From IMG/VR virus record IMGVR_UViG_3300021594_000641, positions 1 through 64,000 of that record: a DNA stretch of 64,000 bases; one strand, given 5' to 3'. Within the stretch, counting starts at the first letter, position 1. Each line of letters opens with the position of its first letter. This DNA comes from a virus. Made by a program: the position numbers and the translations under genes. The notes below the pieces were generated by a model. That model saw only the letters and a list, made by a program, of their open reading frames with translations, did no database searches and was not told the origin of the DNA. This document shows, in pieces, positions 15,200 through 25,146 of the stretch.

Positions 15200-16624
15200 T
15201 TAGTCAAGTTGAAGACGCCGGTTGGTCGTGACTTGCACCGCTGTGGTCAAGCCACTTCGATTGTTAATGAGGCGCATGGAATTGCGCAACTCATGCATAT
15301 AGTTCAGTTCGACAGTTTGCGTTATGCCCGCAATCGTGTCGTTAACGTGAACTACGTCCCGAGTCTCTTCTGTGCTGATTAGCAAAGAAAAGAACTCGAA
15401 GTCCATTCGTTTACGCCCTTCAGAGGCGATAAACGTAATAGGTCTAAAGTCTTCGTCAAGAAGCATGATAAACACTTCGCCTGACGGTTTTCCCATCTCA
15501 GCGAAAATTATCGACCGGTCTCCAGATTTCTTGACGTCAACATTAAGAAGCCTGCTTTCTCCGAAACTACACAAAGTCATGTCTGGCTTTGGCAATTTCT
15601 TTTTTATGAACCTAGACTTTCCTTCAAAAGTTTTGATAGGGTCTAGCTTTTTTATTTCTTCTAGAAAACTTAATCTGCTTTCTGCAAACTTAATATCCCA
15701 ATCATTATAAACATGCAGAAACTTATCAGTCGCTAGGTAAAGCTTTTTACCTGTAAAAGCAAAATCTCTTACCTCCCCTCCTTCCTCTTTGTCTAGATAA
15801 AAAGAAAGTCGGTAGCCAGACTTGCTGTTATATTTTGAGCTATACTCGTGGAAATAAATCTGGTTGTCAAACGCTACAGCCTGACTGACCCCTCCTGACT
15901 TTACACGTACTGTGTAATCAAAATTCAACATCTCTCTTTGCGTTACAGCGTAAGTAGAAGAAACTCCTTTTACGCTGTTGCCGGCTATTACTCTGTCCCT
16001 AGAGGATGTCTTAATGCTTTTAAACTCAACAACCCCGGACACTCCAGTGGTCTGGTCTGTAAAGACTGAGGCTGTTCTCAAAGTGCTGTGACCCGTTTCA
16101 GCTCCTGAAGAATCAAAGCCAATATACCTATTGTTCCAATCCCCTTCGTTGACCAGACCGGCTCCTCGAAAACATGAAGTTATAAGGGTATGGAACTCTA
16201 ATTTACTTTTTGTCCATTCTTGGACATACTCTGAAGGAAACATTACTTTTGACATGTCTTTTTTTGCCACCGACATGTTAGTTGGCGACAAAAACAACAG
16301 CACCATGTCAAAACCGTCTTCAGGGTTTGTCGGCTCAACTATAGCTATAATCTGCCGGTTGTTCTCAAAATTACTGCTTTGTATCAAAGACAGTATTTTG
16401 TTCTTTAATGCTACAAAGTAATGGATCTCGCCAGTCTCTATGTTTCCAAAATGTACCCTGTTGTCTCCACGCATAGAGACAGCGCAGTTTACTTTTGGCC
16501 ATGGTGAGAAAGCCTGGTAGCTCAACCGGGTCTTGTTTCCAGGACCAGGCAACTCTTTCCTAAAAACTAGAAGATTATCTAGCTTGGTGTTGCCCGTTTT
16601 AGTCTCAAATTTAATTGCTCTCAT
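15200..16624 (-). CDS. hypothetical beta-rich protein
   Basis: 474-aa ORF with GGAG RBS. Confidence 0.7.
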   Translation of the reverse strand: MRAIKFETKTGNTKLDNLLVFRKELPGPGNKTRLSYQAFSPWPKVNCAVSMRGDNRVHFGNIETGEIHYFVALKNKILSLIQSSNFENNRQIIAIVEPTNPEDGFDMVLLFLSPTNMSVAKKDMSKVMFPSEYVQEWTKSKLEFHTLITSCFRGAGLVNEGDWNNRYIGFDSSGAETGHSTLRTASVFTDQTTGVSGVVEFKSIKTSSRDRVIAGNSVKGVSSTYAVTQREMLNFDYTVRVKSGGVSQAVAFDNQIYFHEYSSKYNSKSGYRLSFYLDKEEGGEVRDFAFTGKKLYLATDKFLHVYNDWDIKFAESRLSFLEEIKKLDPIKTFEGKSRFIKKKLPKPDMTLCSFGESRLLNVDVKKSGDRSIIFAEMGKPSGEVFIMLLDEDFRPITFIASEGRKRMDFEFFSLLISTEETRDVVHVNDTIAGITQTVELNYMHELRNSMRLINNRSGLTTAVQVTTNRRLQLD

Positions 16625-16940
16625 TGATCTGCTCCTTCAGAGACCTTATCCTCTCAGCCAGCTCTCCTGCCAGCTTGTCGGTTCTATACAGCATCTCTTC
16701 AAGATGCTGTACTTGATGTGACAGCATTTTAGTTGTCTGCTGGGTTATTGCCATAAGGCTACCAGGAGCTATGCTGTCTCCTTCCCGGCTAACCATAAAC
16801 CCAAAACCCAAATCGTTGTTAATCGCTTTCCACGACGTTATAACTGCCACCGTGTCTAGATATTCATCAACCGAAAAAGCCGCCTCCACCGCTTGATGGA
16901 TCATCTCCGCTACTTTCTGCGCCGGTAATGACATTACCAC
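16611..16940 (-). CDS. hypothetical protein
   Basis: ORF in the operon. Confidence 0.6.
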   Translation of the reverse strand: MVMSLPAQKVAEMIHQAVEAAFSVDEYLDTVAVITSWKAINNDLGFGFMVSREGDSIAPGSLMAITQQTTKMLSHQVQHLEEMLYRTDKLAGELAERIRSLKEQINESN

Positions 16941-17250
16941 TCCCTTCTAGGTTTTCTTCAAGTATGTCCAGGAACCTTGCGGCTGTTCTTGCCGCCAGCC
17001 ACCACGGCGGCATAAGCCACCATGACGGCATAAGCGGCAAACAACATAAGGTAAGCCAAAGAGAGGAGTGGTAGCTGAAGCAGAACTTACAAGTGAGTAA
17101 CTCACCTAGTTTTCTGCTTAGCCACCAACTCCCCTCTTCTCGGATAAGCTCAGCCCAAGCTCTGTACCATGAAAATATTGAACCTAAAAACCAGCAGTCT
17201 ATTATGGCTTTAGACCCAAAAGCACACAGAACAAAAGCTAGGGCTAACAT
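16867..17250 (-). CDS. DUF1360-like membrane protein
   Basis: LGELLTCKFCFSYH matches the GELLxCxxCxSxW pattern, flanked by TM segments. Confidence 0.65.
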   Translation of the reverse strand: MLALAFVLCAFGSKAIIDCWFLGSIFSWYRAWAELIREEGSWWLSRKLGELLTCKFCFSYHSSLWLTLCCLPLMPSWWLMPPWWLAARTAARFLDILEENLEGSGNVITGAESSGDDPSSGGGGFFG

Positions 17251-17261
17251 TCTTATCCTTT

Positions 17262-17699
17262 CTAGACAGCGCTCTTAGCGCCGTCTCTCACATCCTGATA
17301 CAGGTGCTCCCGCGATCCGACAAATATTCTTTCGTGAGACTCTGGCTCAGGGGCCAAAAGTAAATCGTACACCCTGAAGTTGTAAAGAAAAAATTCATAG
17401 CTGCACATCTTTATCCACGCGTTCTTCAACTCGTCAATAAAGCTATCCCAGCTTATCTTTTTGTCTTCTGTCAGGTCAGAGCAGATTGTAAATATATCTG
17501 CTTTTGACGCTGTTGCAAACATCTTCCGCATAAAGATGTCAGCCCAGGAGACGCGGATTTGAAAAAGATTGTCTAGGATATCTTCCGCCTCTTCCTTTTC
17601 TTTGATGGCGTTGGTGACGTGTCGGAGCATCTCGTCAACGCCAATGGTGTAAGACACCCTTGTGTTGTACTCCTTAACTGTGTCGCTAGCTTTAATCAT
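17262..17699 (-). CDS. hypothetical protein
   Basis: ORF with ATGA overlap from the upstream gene. Confidence 0.6.
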   Translation of the reverse strand: MIKASDTVKEYNTRVSYTIGVDEMLRHVTNAIKEKEEAEDILDNLFQIRVSWADIFMRKMFATASKADIFTICSDLTEDKKISWDSFIDELKNAWIKMCSYEFFLYNFRVYDLLLAPEPESHERIFVGSREHLYQDVRDGAKSAV

Positions 17700-17875
17700 T
17701 GCTTCCTGATTCCTTTCTTGTTGTCGTATTTTGGAACTTCTTTAGAAACGAAGTTCCCGGCCATGAAAATCATAACCCATGCCGCTAATGGAACCATTAC
17801 CGGCACCCCGACTTTTGTCATGACTAAAAACAGTCCGACAAGCATCAGGTTCAATGCTGACAAACAGCCGCCCAT
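17696..17875 (-). CDS. small membrane protein (59 aa, below the ORF-track cutoff)
   Basis: MGGCLSALNLMLVGLFLVMTKVGVPVMVPLAAWVMIFMAG...; AAGGA RBS; stop overlaps the next ATG. Confidence 0.6.
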   Translation of the reverse strand: MGGCLSALNLMLVGLFLVMTKVGVPVMVPLAAWVMIFMAGNFVSKEVPKYDNKKGIRKQ

Positions 17876-17887
17876 AGACTTTCCTTG

Positions 17888-18091
17888 TCATGAGGGCCAA
17901 ACCGTAGATTTTCCTCTGTCTGGAACAGGGAAGCCTTGGGTATAACCAATCTTCTCAGCCGACGGGAAAGGGGGGTCTAGTGGATATTCTCTAATGCGAA
18001 GTGCATTGAGATTCACTGTAGGCATGGGCCTACGATAAGTAGGCACAATACCCCGCCTCTCGAGGAATCTTTTCGGTGATTTTGATACCAT
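17888..18091 (-). CDS. hypothetical protein
   Basis: AGGAGG RBS. Confidence 0.6.
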   Translation of the reverse strand: MVSKSPKRFLERRGIVPTYRRPMPTVNLNALRIREYPLDPPFPSAEKIGYTQGFPVPDRGKSTVWPS

Positions 18092-18102
18092 GGTCAGCCT
18101 CC

Positions 18103-18135
18103 TGTATAATGCTTAATCGCTTAAGCTATTATACA
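18103..18135. promoter_or_regulatory. palindromic bidirectional promoter/operator
   Basis: TGTATAATGCTTAA-TCGC-TTAAGCTATTATACA: TGTATAAT on both strands between divergent genes. Confidence 0.6.
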
Positions 18136-18137
18136 AA

Positions 18138-20006
18138 ATGAGGCCAAGAGAAACATCAATGATTGATCAAGCTAAACTTAGAGATCAAGTCATAGAAAAA
18201 ATCGATGACATGTCTGAGCTTGATCGCTTAGAGCTGTTTCTAAAACTTGTAAAGGACGGGCACTTTCCTAACTTTGCTCCTCTTCTTCCATTAGTGCTTA
18301 CCTTAGACGGAAAGCCTTACAGTTTGGAGAACCATTTTCAGTTTGAAACCTTGTTTTATACAAGGATGCCAAAGGCTATGGTTCTGAAGACTGGCCGTCA
18401 GGTGGGCAAGTCTACCGTAGGCAGCGCCCACGGCGTTATAACTTGCACGTCAATCCCTTACTTCCGCACACTCTATGTAACTCCGTTGTTTGAACAGGTG
18501 CGACGTCTTTCAAACAACTACGTTCGACCCTTTGTCGAACAGTCTCCTATCCGGAATCTTTGGATCGGAAACAGTACTGAGAACTCAGTGCTTCAGCGAT
18601 CGTTCCGGAATTATTCAATGATGCAGTTTTCTTTCGCCTCTCTTGACGCCGATAGAGTGCGCGGTGTACGCGCAGACAAGATCGTCATAGACGAGGTTCA
18701 AGACATAGACCAAGACCATATCCCTATCATCAAGGAAACGATGTCAGCGTCTCCTTGGGCCTTGAGCCAATTCTCTGGAACTCCCAAAACTCCTGAGAAC
18801 ACTATCGAAGGATTATGGCTTATGTCTTCTCAGGCAGAGTGGTGCATACCCTGCCGAAACTGCAAGAAGTTAAATGTATCGGCAACAACCCACGATCTAG
18901 AAAAGATGATAGGCCCGTACCGAGACGACATTTCAGAAGCTAATCCTGGCACGGTTTGCGCCAAGTGCCAAAAAGTAATACACCCAAATGACGGTCGCTG
19001 GATACACAAGTACCCGGAGCGAAGGTTTAGATTCGCCGGATTCCATGTTCCGCAGCCAATCATGCATATCCACTATTCTGAACCTTCCAAATGGACAGAG
19101 CTAATAGCCAAGAGAGAAGGCTACGGCAACTACACTCCTGAAAAGTACATGAATGAAGTACTGGGAGAGAGTTGCGGAGTTGGTGTTCAGCTTGTCTCTA
19201 TGGATGAACTGCAAAAAGCCTGCGTTCTAAACCATGAAAACAAACCCAAGCAACCAGAAGATTGTATGCAAGATCTTGCCAAGTACAGGTATAGAATTCT
19301 TTCTGTGGACTGGGGAGGCGGCGGAGAAGAAGGCATAAGCCTGACAGTAGCTACCGTGATGGGCATAACACCTACGGGAGTTGTACATGTCATTTGGGCC
19401 AGACGCCTAATGACTCCACACGATCACCTAGCCGAGGCTAGACAATGTCTACATTATTTCAATCTTTTTAAATGCCACTTTGTATCTCATGACTTTACAG
19501 GCGCTGGCGTCTTGAGAGAGACTCTCTTGTGCCAGGCCGGAGTAGAGTACAAGAGGCTTATACCTATAAGGTACATAAGAGCGTCTGCCGCTAAGATAAT
19601 GACTCACATCAAACCTACCTCGATAAACCCCAGAAGTTTTTATCAGGTAGACAAGACACGGTCTCTTCTAACCACCTGCGCGGCTATTCGCTTGATGCGA
19701 ATTAGATTTTTTAAATATGATTACAAATCCACAGACGACCCAGGCTTGATTCATGACTTCCTAGCTTTGACAGAAAGGAAAACAGAAACAAGACTGGGGT
19801 CTGACGTTTATACTATCGGGCGAAACCCTCACCTTAGTGATGACTTCGCCCAAGCAGTTAATATAGGATGCTGCGCCTTGTGGCACATGACAGGCGCTTG
19901 GCCTAACTTCAACGTTCCTGAAAAGTTTCAGCTTTCCGAGGAGGTCGAGAACCATTTACAAAACGGTTCATGGTCTCCTGTCGAGTCCGAGGACGGTCCA
20001 GGCTAG
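18138..20006 (+). CDS. terL: terminase large subunit
   Basis: Walker A KTGRQVGKS, Walker B RGVRADKIVIDEVQD, GTPK coupling motif, CxxC...CxxC insert, nuclease SVDWG. Confidence 0.9.
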   Translation: MRPRETSMIDQAKLRDQVIEKIDDMSELDRLELFLKLVKDGHFPNFAPLLPLVLTLDGKPYSLENHFQFETLFYTRMPKAMVLKTGRQVGKSTVGSAHGVITCTSIPYFRTLYVTPLFEQVRRLSNNYVRPFVEQSPIRNLWIGNSTENSVLQRSFRNYSMMQFSFASLDADRVRGVRADKIVIDEVQDIDQDHIPIIKETMSASPWALSQFSGTPKTPENTIEGLWLMSSQAEWCIPCRNCKKLNVSATTHDLEKMIGPYRDDISEANPGTVCAKCQKVIHPNDGRWIHKYPERRFRFAGFHVPQPIMHIHYSEPSKWTELIAKREGYGNYTPEKYMNEVLGESCGVGVQLVSMDELQKACVLNHENKPKQPEDCMQDLAKYRYRILSVDWGGGGEEGISLTVATVMGITPTGVVHVIWARRLMTPHDHLAEARQCLHYFNLFKCHFVSHDFTGAGVLRETLLCQAGVEYKRLIPIRYIRASAAKIMTHIKPTSINPRSFYQVDKTRSLLTTCAAIRLMRIRFFKYDYKSTDDPGLIHDFLALTERKTETRLGSDVYTIGRNPHLSDDFAQAVNIGCCALWHMTGAWPNFNVPEKFQLSEEVENHLQNGSWSPVESEDGPG

Positions 20007-20252
20007 ATCAAACATCTCGCTGTTCTTTTCTGCTTCTTCATAAAAGCAGTTAAAACAACAAGCGTATATAATCATTTTTTCTTTTTTTACTTTTTTTGCA
20101 GAGCTAGGAAAAATTTCTTTTTTGCAAAACGCGCAATGGCAAGGTTCTTTTGAATTTAAAAGAACATCTATTTTTGAAAACCACATTCGGAAGACTTTAA
20201 CTTTCTTCCTTTTTGTTTCCATGTAGCTCATTATTCTTTCCTTCGGCAGCAT
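19968..20252 (-). CDS. hypothetical Cys-rich basic protein
   Basis: CHCAFC...CCFNC. Confidence 0.45.
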   Translation of the reverse strand: MLPKERIMSYMETKRKKVKVFRMWFSKIDVLLNSKEPCHCAFCKKEIFPSSAKKVKKEKMIIYACCFNCFYEEAEKNSEMFDLAWTVLGLDRRP

Positions 20253-20469
20253 CTTTCTTCTCCTCAGTCTCTATTAGTTTCTCGATAAGCCACTTGGCTT
20301 TTTTCAAGTCGATTAACTTTCCTTTCTTAGGCCACCTCCATAAGTACTTTGTTATGTTGCCCCAGATGAAACCCCTGTACTCGTCCGAGGTCATCATGTT
20401 CCTTATAGAATCAAGGCAAGTTATTCCTTCACTTCCCTTATAGTGATCTGGGTTTTCTGGCCTGCTCAT
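20197..20469 (-). CDS. DUF3310 family protein
   Basis: NPDHY...CLDSI...F..GN..KYLWR...KG...DLKKA.W; start MSRP overlaps the upstream stop (ATGA). Confidence 0.8.
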   Translation of the reverse strand: MSRPENPDHYKGSEGITCLDSIRNMMTSDEYRGFIWGNITKYLWRWPKKGKLIDLKKAKWLIEKLIETEEKKDAAEGKNNELHGNKKEES

Positions 20470-23099
20470 ATTGATATCCTCAGGATTCTGCTTTCTGTTG
20501 ATTTCATTACCAGGTCCCACCACGCTGGAGAAACTGCCCAGTAATCTTTTTCTAAAGATTTGTCTATGTCAGCTCCTACGCCTTCAGAGTCTAAAGCCTG
20601 CTGAATCTCTGTACCTACAAGTATTTCAAACGTACCGTAGATTCCAGCAGAGTAAAAATTTTCTTTTTTTATTTTAATTGCCGTAGCTGACTTTATTACC
20701 GAGCCACGGACTGATTCATTTATGTAACCTGACTCAACGGCAGCAGAACATAACTTAAAGAAAGCTTTTGTTATATTTTTGTTTCTAGAGTCTTTTGAAC
20801 TATAGACAATTGTTTCTCTAGCTTGTTGAATTACTTCCGAGCATACAGCTGACTCGTTTAACCATTCTTCAAATAAGCTAAAAACGGTTTCAAGCAGTGT
20901 TTCTTTTCTGTCAAACTTTAAACCGTATTTTGTTAACAACCATTTAGTAAAGGCGGGAACTATTTTACTTATTTCTTTTTCTTGTTTATGCACTAAGGCG
21001 CTTACGTTTACATGCATACAATCTAAATCTTGAGATAGCAGCATGGAAGCGGCTTCTAGTTCTGACGTTTCCATCATGTACGGTTTCTTTTCGTTACTAG
21101 CCATCCACTTTTGCAAAGACGTTTGAATGTCTTTTCTTTTTCTATAAGACAGCACTTCTGTCCACCTTACCTTTATCTTTCTATTTTTGCCGTGCCTAGC
21201 TTCTTTACAGCCAAGATACGACAAAGGTAAGTCTGCAGCGTCTGAACCTCTTCCGTAATAAAGCATTTTTCTATAGTCTTCTCGCAGAGCCGGGGCTAGC
21301 ATGTTCGACAGCACGAACGCGGCCATCGCCCATATGCTTTTATTTGTTTCAATTTTAGTAGTCAAACGGTCAAAGTCTTCAGACGACATAAACAAACTAG
21401 ACTGAGTGAACACATCCGTAGGTATTTCTTTTTTTACCTTAAGAAGACCATGATTCTTACATAAGTTGCCCTGAGCGTCCAAAGCCATCCTGGCAAACTG
21501 GAAAACTTTTTGATCTGAGTACCAGCCTATGGTTGAAGTTCTGTTTATTACTTTGGGGTCATTAAACTTAAGAGCTATCTCCCAGCTTTTTGACTCATAA
21601 CTCTTATCGTAAAGACAAACTTTTTTAAACCGTTTCAAAACAGTACTAGCTATGAACTCCAGAATCTTGTCCTGAAGTTTTTTCTTAGGCACAAAAACCT
21701 TTACTCTTTTTTTCCTGAACCTAACATAGCCAGAATAAACTGAGTAGTTTTTGGAGAAGTTATACACTTCGTATATTTTTAAAGTTCCCTCGCATATGCA
21801 GTTGTTTCCTGACCACCAGCCCGTTTCTTTTTCTTGTATCTCTTCACCTCTCACTGTTATTGTTTTTCCTACTTGGTTCCTTATGCTTTTTAAAACACTT
21901 TTTATTTTTGGATAAACTTCTTTGTTAATAGCCTTCTCTTCTTCCAGGCTAAACTCCAACTGTCCTATGACTGATTGAGCCAAGTACAAGTTATCCTGTT
22001 CTGCCCACTTCTCGATAACGTCTATTGGCTTTATGGCATTATCAGAGGCAAACCTACACCAGCTCTTAGGACTCATCTTCCTAAAAGCCGATTCACTGGT
22101 CAAAGGATTGGGCTCGTCTATACGGACGTCTATTTTTGAATTGTGTATTGCTTTCAAAGTTTTTTGACTTACCTCTGGGTTCCAGATTACAAGTTTGTTT
22201 GATAACAATTTTAATAAAAATTTTATTTTAGTAACGTCAGATATGGCTACTAATGGAAGTATATCTTTTGAATCTCTAAAATTAGAAGCGTGCATCATCA
22301 AAGCTTTTTCTAAATTTTCCACCAAAACCAAATTACTTTCCTTGGAATACTTGATTATCGAATCAAGGAAAGACAACGAGCAGCAATCGTCGTATATTTT
22401 TCTGTGAGATAAAAACTTTCGGCTTGTTCTAAGCTGTCCGTCGACATAGCCGTAAAACACAAATTCTCTTATTCTTCCTGGAAGGTCATAGAAAGGAACT
22501 ATTACTACGTTCTTCCAGCCTCCTACAAAAGGTCTATGCGCTCCGGTTAGCTTTTCTTCAAAACCGTGAGATACCGCTATAGCTCTTTCAGTGTCTTTCT
22601 TTGAAGCAAACCCCATTAGTTTGCCCATGCCTTTTTTCCATGTTTCAACGTTGCTAGGCAACGGGATTCTTAGTTCTCTTAGACAGTCTCTTAGATCTGG
22701 GTTTTCGTAATGCATCATATTGCTGGTAGCAGCTTTCCAAAATTCATTATGTTTTTTTCTTTGATCTAAGCATTTATGTTTGTATATCTTGAATAGATCT
22801 TCGTAGTAATAGTATTTTTGAATTACGTTCTTAACCAGTAGAAGGTCTGAAGCTACTCTGTCTTCTACTTGCCACACCTGGCTTGCTATATTTATTGGAT
22901 CTCCTGAGTTGCCACAGCTGATACAATGGAACCAGTGAGATTTGTAAAAACTGTCTGGATATACCGTCATTGTTTTCTTACAATGGCAAAACGGACAGGT
23001 TAGACTAGTTGGTACAGAGTCTTCAGAGATATCCAGGTCTAGAAGGGATATTAAAGACTTAAAGTCGATAGCTTCCAATATCGAAGAGGTAGGACGCAT
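20466..23099 (-). CDS. large primase-like protein (N-terminal Zn-binding domain, degenerate TOPRIM-like segment)
   Basis: CPFC...WFHCISCG..GD.I is typical of primase Zn domains; LVLVEN resembles the TOPRIM Glu strand; no DxD seen. Confidence 0.5.
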   Translation of the reverse strand: MRPTSSILEAIDFKSLISLLDLDISEDSVPTSLTCPFCHCKKTMTVYPDSFYKSHWFHCISCGNSGDPINIASQVWQVEDRVASDLLLVKNVIQKYYYYEDLFKIYKHKCLDQRKKHNEFWKAATSNMMHYENPDLRDCLRELRIPLPSNVETWKKGMGKLMGFASKKDTERAIAVSHGFEEKLTGAHRPFVGGWKNVVIVPFYDLPGRIREFVFYGYVDGQLRTSRKFLSHRKIYDDCCSLSFLDSIIKYSKESNLVLVENLEKALMMHASNFRDSKDILPLVAISDVTKIKFLLKLLSNKLVIWNPEVSQKTLKAIHNSKIDVRIDEPNPLTSESAFRKMSPKSWCRFASDNAIKPIDVIEKWAEQDNLYLAQSVIGQLEFSLEEEKAINKEVYPKIKSVLKSIRNQVGKTITVRGEEIQEKETGWWSGNNCICEGTLKIYEVYNFSKNYSVYSGYVRFRKKRVKVFVPKKKLQDKILEFIASTVLKRFKKVCLYDKSYESKSWEIALKFNDPKVINRTSTIGWYSDQKVFQFARMALDAQGNLCKNHGLLKVKKEIPTDVFTQSSLFMSSEDFDRLTTKIETNKSIWAMAAFVLSNMLAPALREDYRKMLYYGRGSDAADLPLSYLGCKEARHGKNRKIKVRWTEVLSYRKRKDIQTSLQKWMASNEKKPYMMETSELEAASMLLSQDLDCMHVNVSALVHKQEKEISKIVPAFTKWLLTKYGLKFDRKETLLETVFSLFEEWLNESAVCSEVIQQARETIVYSSKDSRNKNITKAFFKLCSAAVESGYINESVRGSVIKSATAIKIKKENFYSAGIYGTFEILVGTEIQQALDSEGVGADIDKSLEKDYWAVSPAWWDLVMKSTESRILRISI

Positions 23100-24251
23100 A
23101 TGGTTACTCGCTTAGACCAACAAGGCGATGCAAACGGCCAAACACTGCACAAGCTGATCAAGCTATACGACGCGCCAGATTTTGTTAAGTCAGCGTCGTC
23201 TGACTCAATCAACTACACGTCTGAAGAACGAAACCCTAACGTTTTTGCAGACGTTACCGCCTTGTCTTTTCCTTGTCACACCGCTCCAGCCACTTACGTC
23301 TCAATGCTCTACTGCCTTGAGAATCAGGGCCAGCTCGGTAAGAAAGCATCTCATATACAAGGTAGAATCGTCAAGGCCGCAGAGTACTTCGGCATCAAGA
23401 AGCACATAGACAGTCTTCTTGAAAAACACGCTCAGATTCACTCTGTCAGCCTTGACGCTCTACCAGATGACATCTTTGCTTTTGTTGTTGAATATGAAAA
23501 CGGAGTAAAGGAAAGGCACCTTCCTTTACGTAATTCATCAGAGACAAAACAAGCTTGTGAGTATCTTAGAAAATATCGCGGAGAGTTTGGCTACTACGAT
23601 CGTGTTAAAATCGCTGAGCGTATTCTCAAGAAAGGCGACATTTCTGAAATCAGTTCAGAAGACCAAGACTATTTGTACAAGCAGGCCGGAGCTGCCGTAG
23701 GTACAGCTAAGAAAGCGGCCCGAATGCTTCTAGACAGGGCTATGTGCCTAAAGACCTTGGGTAAAGATATTGATCTTCAAGCCGGTCTAGCCAAAGCAGC
23801 CCAAGCTTGTTTACAAGACAAGAACTCAGTACACAGCATAAGTGGAATGAGAAAGATAGCCTCTATAATTGACAGAGTCGATAGAGACTATAAGTTGAGC
23901 AAGTTTGAAACTTTAGGCAACGCTGAAGACCTGTTTGTTTTCACAATCAAGCAGGCCAGCGAATTTGCCGAAGATCACGTTCAGCTAACTTCAGGGTCTG
24001 TTTACAAAAAAGCAGACCTTGAGAAGATTTCAGCTGATGCAATAAAAGACCTCCTGGGAGATTCCTTTTTGGACAGGGTCTCCGCAGGAGGTCTTATTCT
24101 TGACGCCGAGAAATTTGCCGAGGAGCTTAGAACGCTACCCAGGCGAGACGCTCAGCTGTTTGACAAACTGGCAGAAAGCGCCAGGCTGTCTCCTGTTGTA
24201 AAGCAAGCAGAGTCTATAAGAGAGCTTGCTGCTATGTACAAGGCTAAATAA
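23100..24251 (+). CDS. hypothetical phage protein
   Basis: 383-aa ORF with GAGGTAGGA RBS. Confidence 0.75.
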   Translation: MVTRLDQQGDANGQTLHKLIKLYDAPDFVKSASSDSINYTSEERNPNVFADVTALSFPCHTAPATYVSMLYCLENQGQLGKKASHIQGRIVKAAEYFGIKKHIDSLLEKHAQIHSVSLDALPDDIFAFVVEYENGVKERHLPLRNSSETKQACEYLRKYRGEFGYYDRVKIAERILKKGDISEISSEDQDYLYKQAGAAVGTAKKAARMLLDRAMCLKTLGKDIDLQAGLAKAAQACLQDKNSVHSISGMRKIASIIDRVDRDYKLSKFETLGNAEDLFVFTIKQASEFAEDHVQLTSGSVYKKADLEKISADAIKDLLGDSFLDRVSAGGLILDAEKFAEELRTLPRRDAQLFDKLAESARLSPVVKQAESIRELAAMYKAK

Positions 24252-24501
24252 CCTTGGACATAAATATCGGAGTGGCGTCTCCAACGAAAGACCCTACTAT
24301 GTTGAACTCATAGTATTCTAGGGCTTCCTCTCTGGACATGCCGTTTTTTTCTTGCAGTATACTTATGACTTTTTCTTCGTCATAAACAACTGCAGTTTTA
24401 TTGAACTGCCTTCCTATGCCTATGATGGCTTGGTCAAAGCCGTCGGCAAACAGAAGAAGTTCTCCGGCGTCAGACGCCCATTCTTCTATCTGCTCCCTCA
24501 C
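24244..24501 (-). CDS. conserved small phage protein
   Basis: ADGFDQAIIG...VYD...EALEYYEFNI.G..VG..TPIF pattern, common in large phages. Confidence 0.7.
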   Translation of the reverse strand: MREQIEEWASDAGELLLFADGFDQAIIGIGRQFNKTAVVYDEEKVISILQEKNGMSREEALEYYEFNIVGSFVGDATPIFMSKVI

Positions 24502-24746
24502 TCTTCACCTACAAGCTCTTCCACTTGCTCGATGAGGCCATCGTCTTCTAGACCCTCCGACAGCTCAAGCACCATATCCCTAAGTTGGTGCGTGTGTCCT
24601 AGAATCTTTTCTAGGGCGTCTTTGTCTCCCTCCCTAGCAGCTTCGCACAGAGCTTCAAATTCAGAGTCATTCATCGCTAACCTCCGTGTTATAGACAAAT
24701 CCGTATCCATCATTGCCTGGACCGAACTTGTCTTTCTTGATGTCAA
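24498..24746 (-). CDS. hypothetical protein
   Basis: ORF with ATGA overlap. Confidence 0.5.
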   Translation of the reverse strand: MTSRKTSSVQAMMDTDLSITRRLAMNDSEFEALCEAAREGDKDALEKILGHTHQLRDMVLELSEGLEDDGLIEQVEELVGEE

Positions 24747-25146
24747 CGCCTTTGAAATTCAAACTCCTGAAAAATTTCTGAGCTTGAACATTCAACTCAG
24801 GCACAAGCACTGAGATCGACGTTTTGATTCTGAAACGCTCGTAGGCGTCTACCAGAAACTTAACCATGGACGTGCCGCCACCGTTCCTCCTGAAAGGGTG
24901 GTCTACGTGCAACAGAACTATGGTTATGTTAGGTACACTATGCTTGTACATAAGCATACCTACAATCTCTCCGCCAAACTCAAGGCAGAGAGTGGAATAA
25001 CCTGAACCTTTCCTCAGGCGGTTCATAAACCTGGAGATAGTCTTCTTTTTCCTCATTACTTCCGAGTACATAAACAACAGTGCCGCTTTGTCAGCGTCAT
25101 CGTTGTTTATGAATCGGACTTTTAAGTCCAGAACCTCCTCTACCAT
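24667..25146 (-). CDS. GNAT family acetyltransferase (RimI-like)
   Basis: LHVDHPFRRNGGGT (R/QxxGxG/A) and N..AQKFF.SLNF motifs. Confidence 0.75.
   Translation of the reverse strand: MVEEVLDLKVRFINNDDADKAALLFMYSEVMRKKKTISRFMNRLRKGSGYSTLCLEFGGEIVGMLMYKHSVPNITIVLLHVDHPFRRNGGGTSMVKFLVDAYERFRIKTSISVLVPELNVQAQKFFRSLNFKGVDIKKDKFGPGNDGYGFVYNTEVSDE

Noticed and set aside
24352-24813. Plus-strand shadow ORFs here and at 26390-27497, 49915-50790 and 57985-61193
   Set aside because: They are antisense to well-supported minus-strand genes, have no RBS or motifs, and are Ser/Leu/Phe-rich as expected of mirror frames
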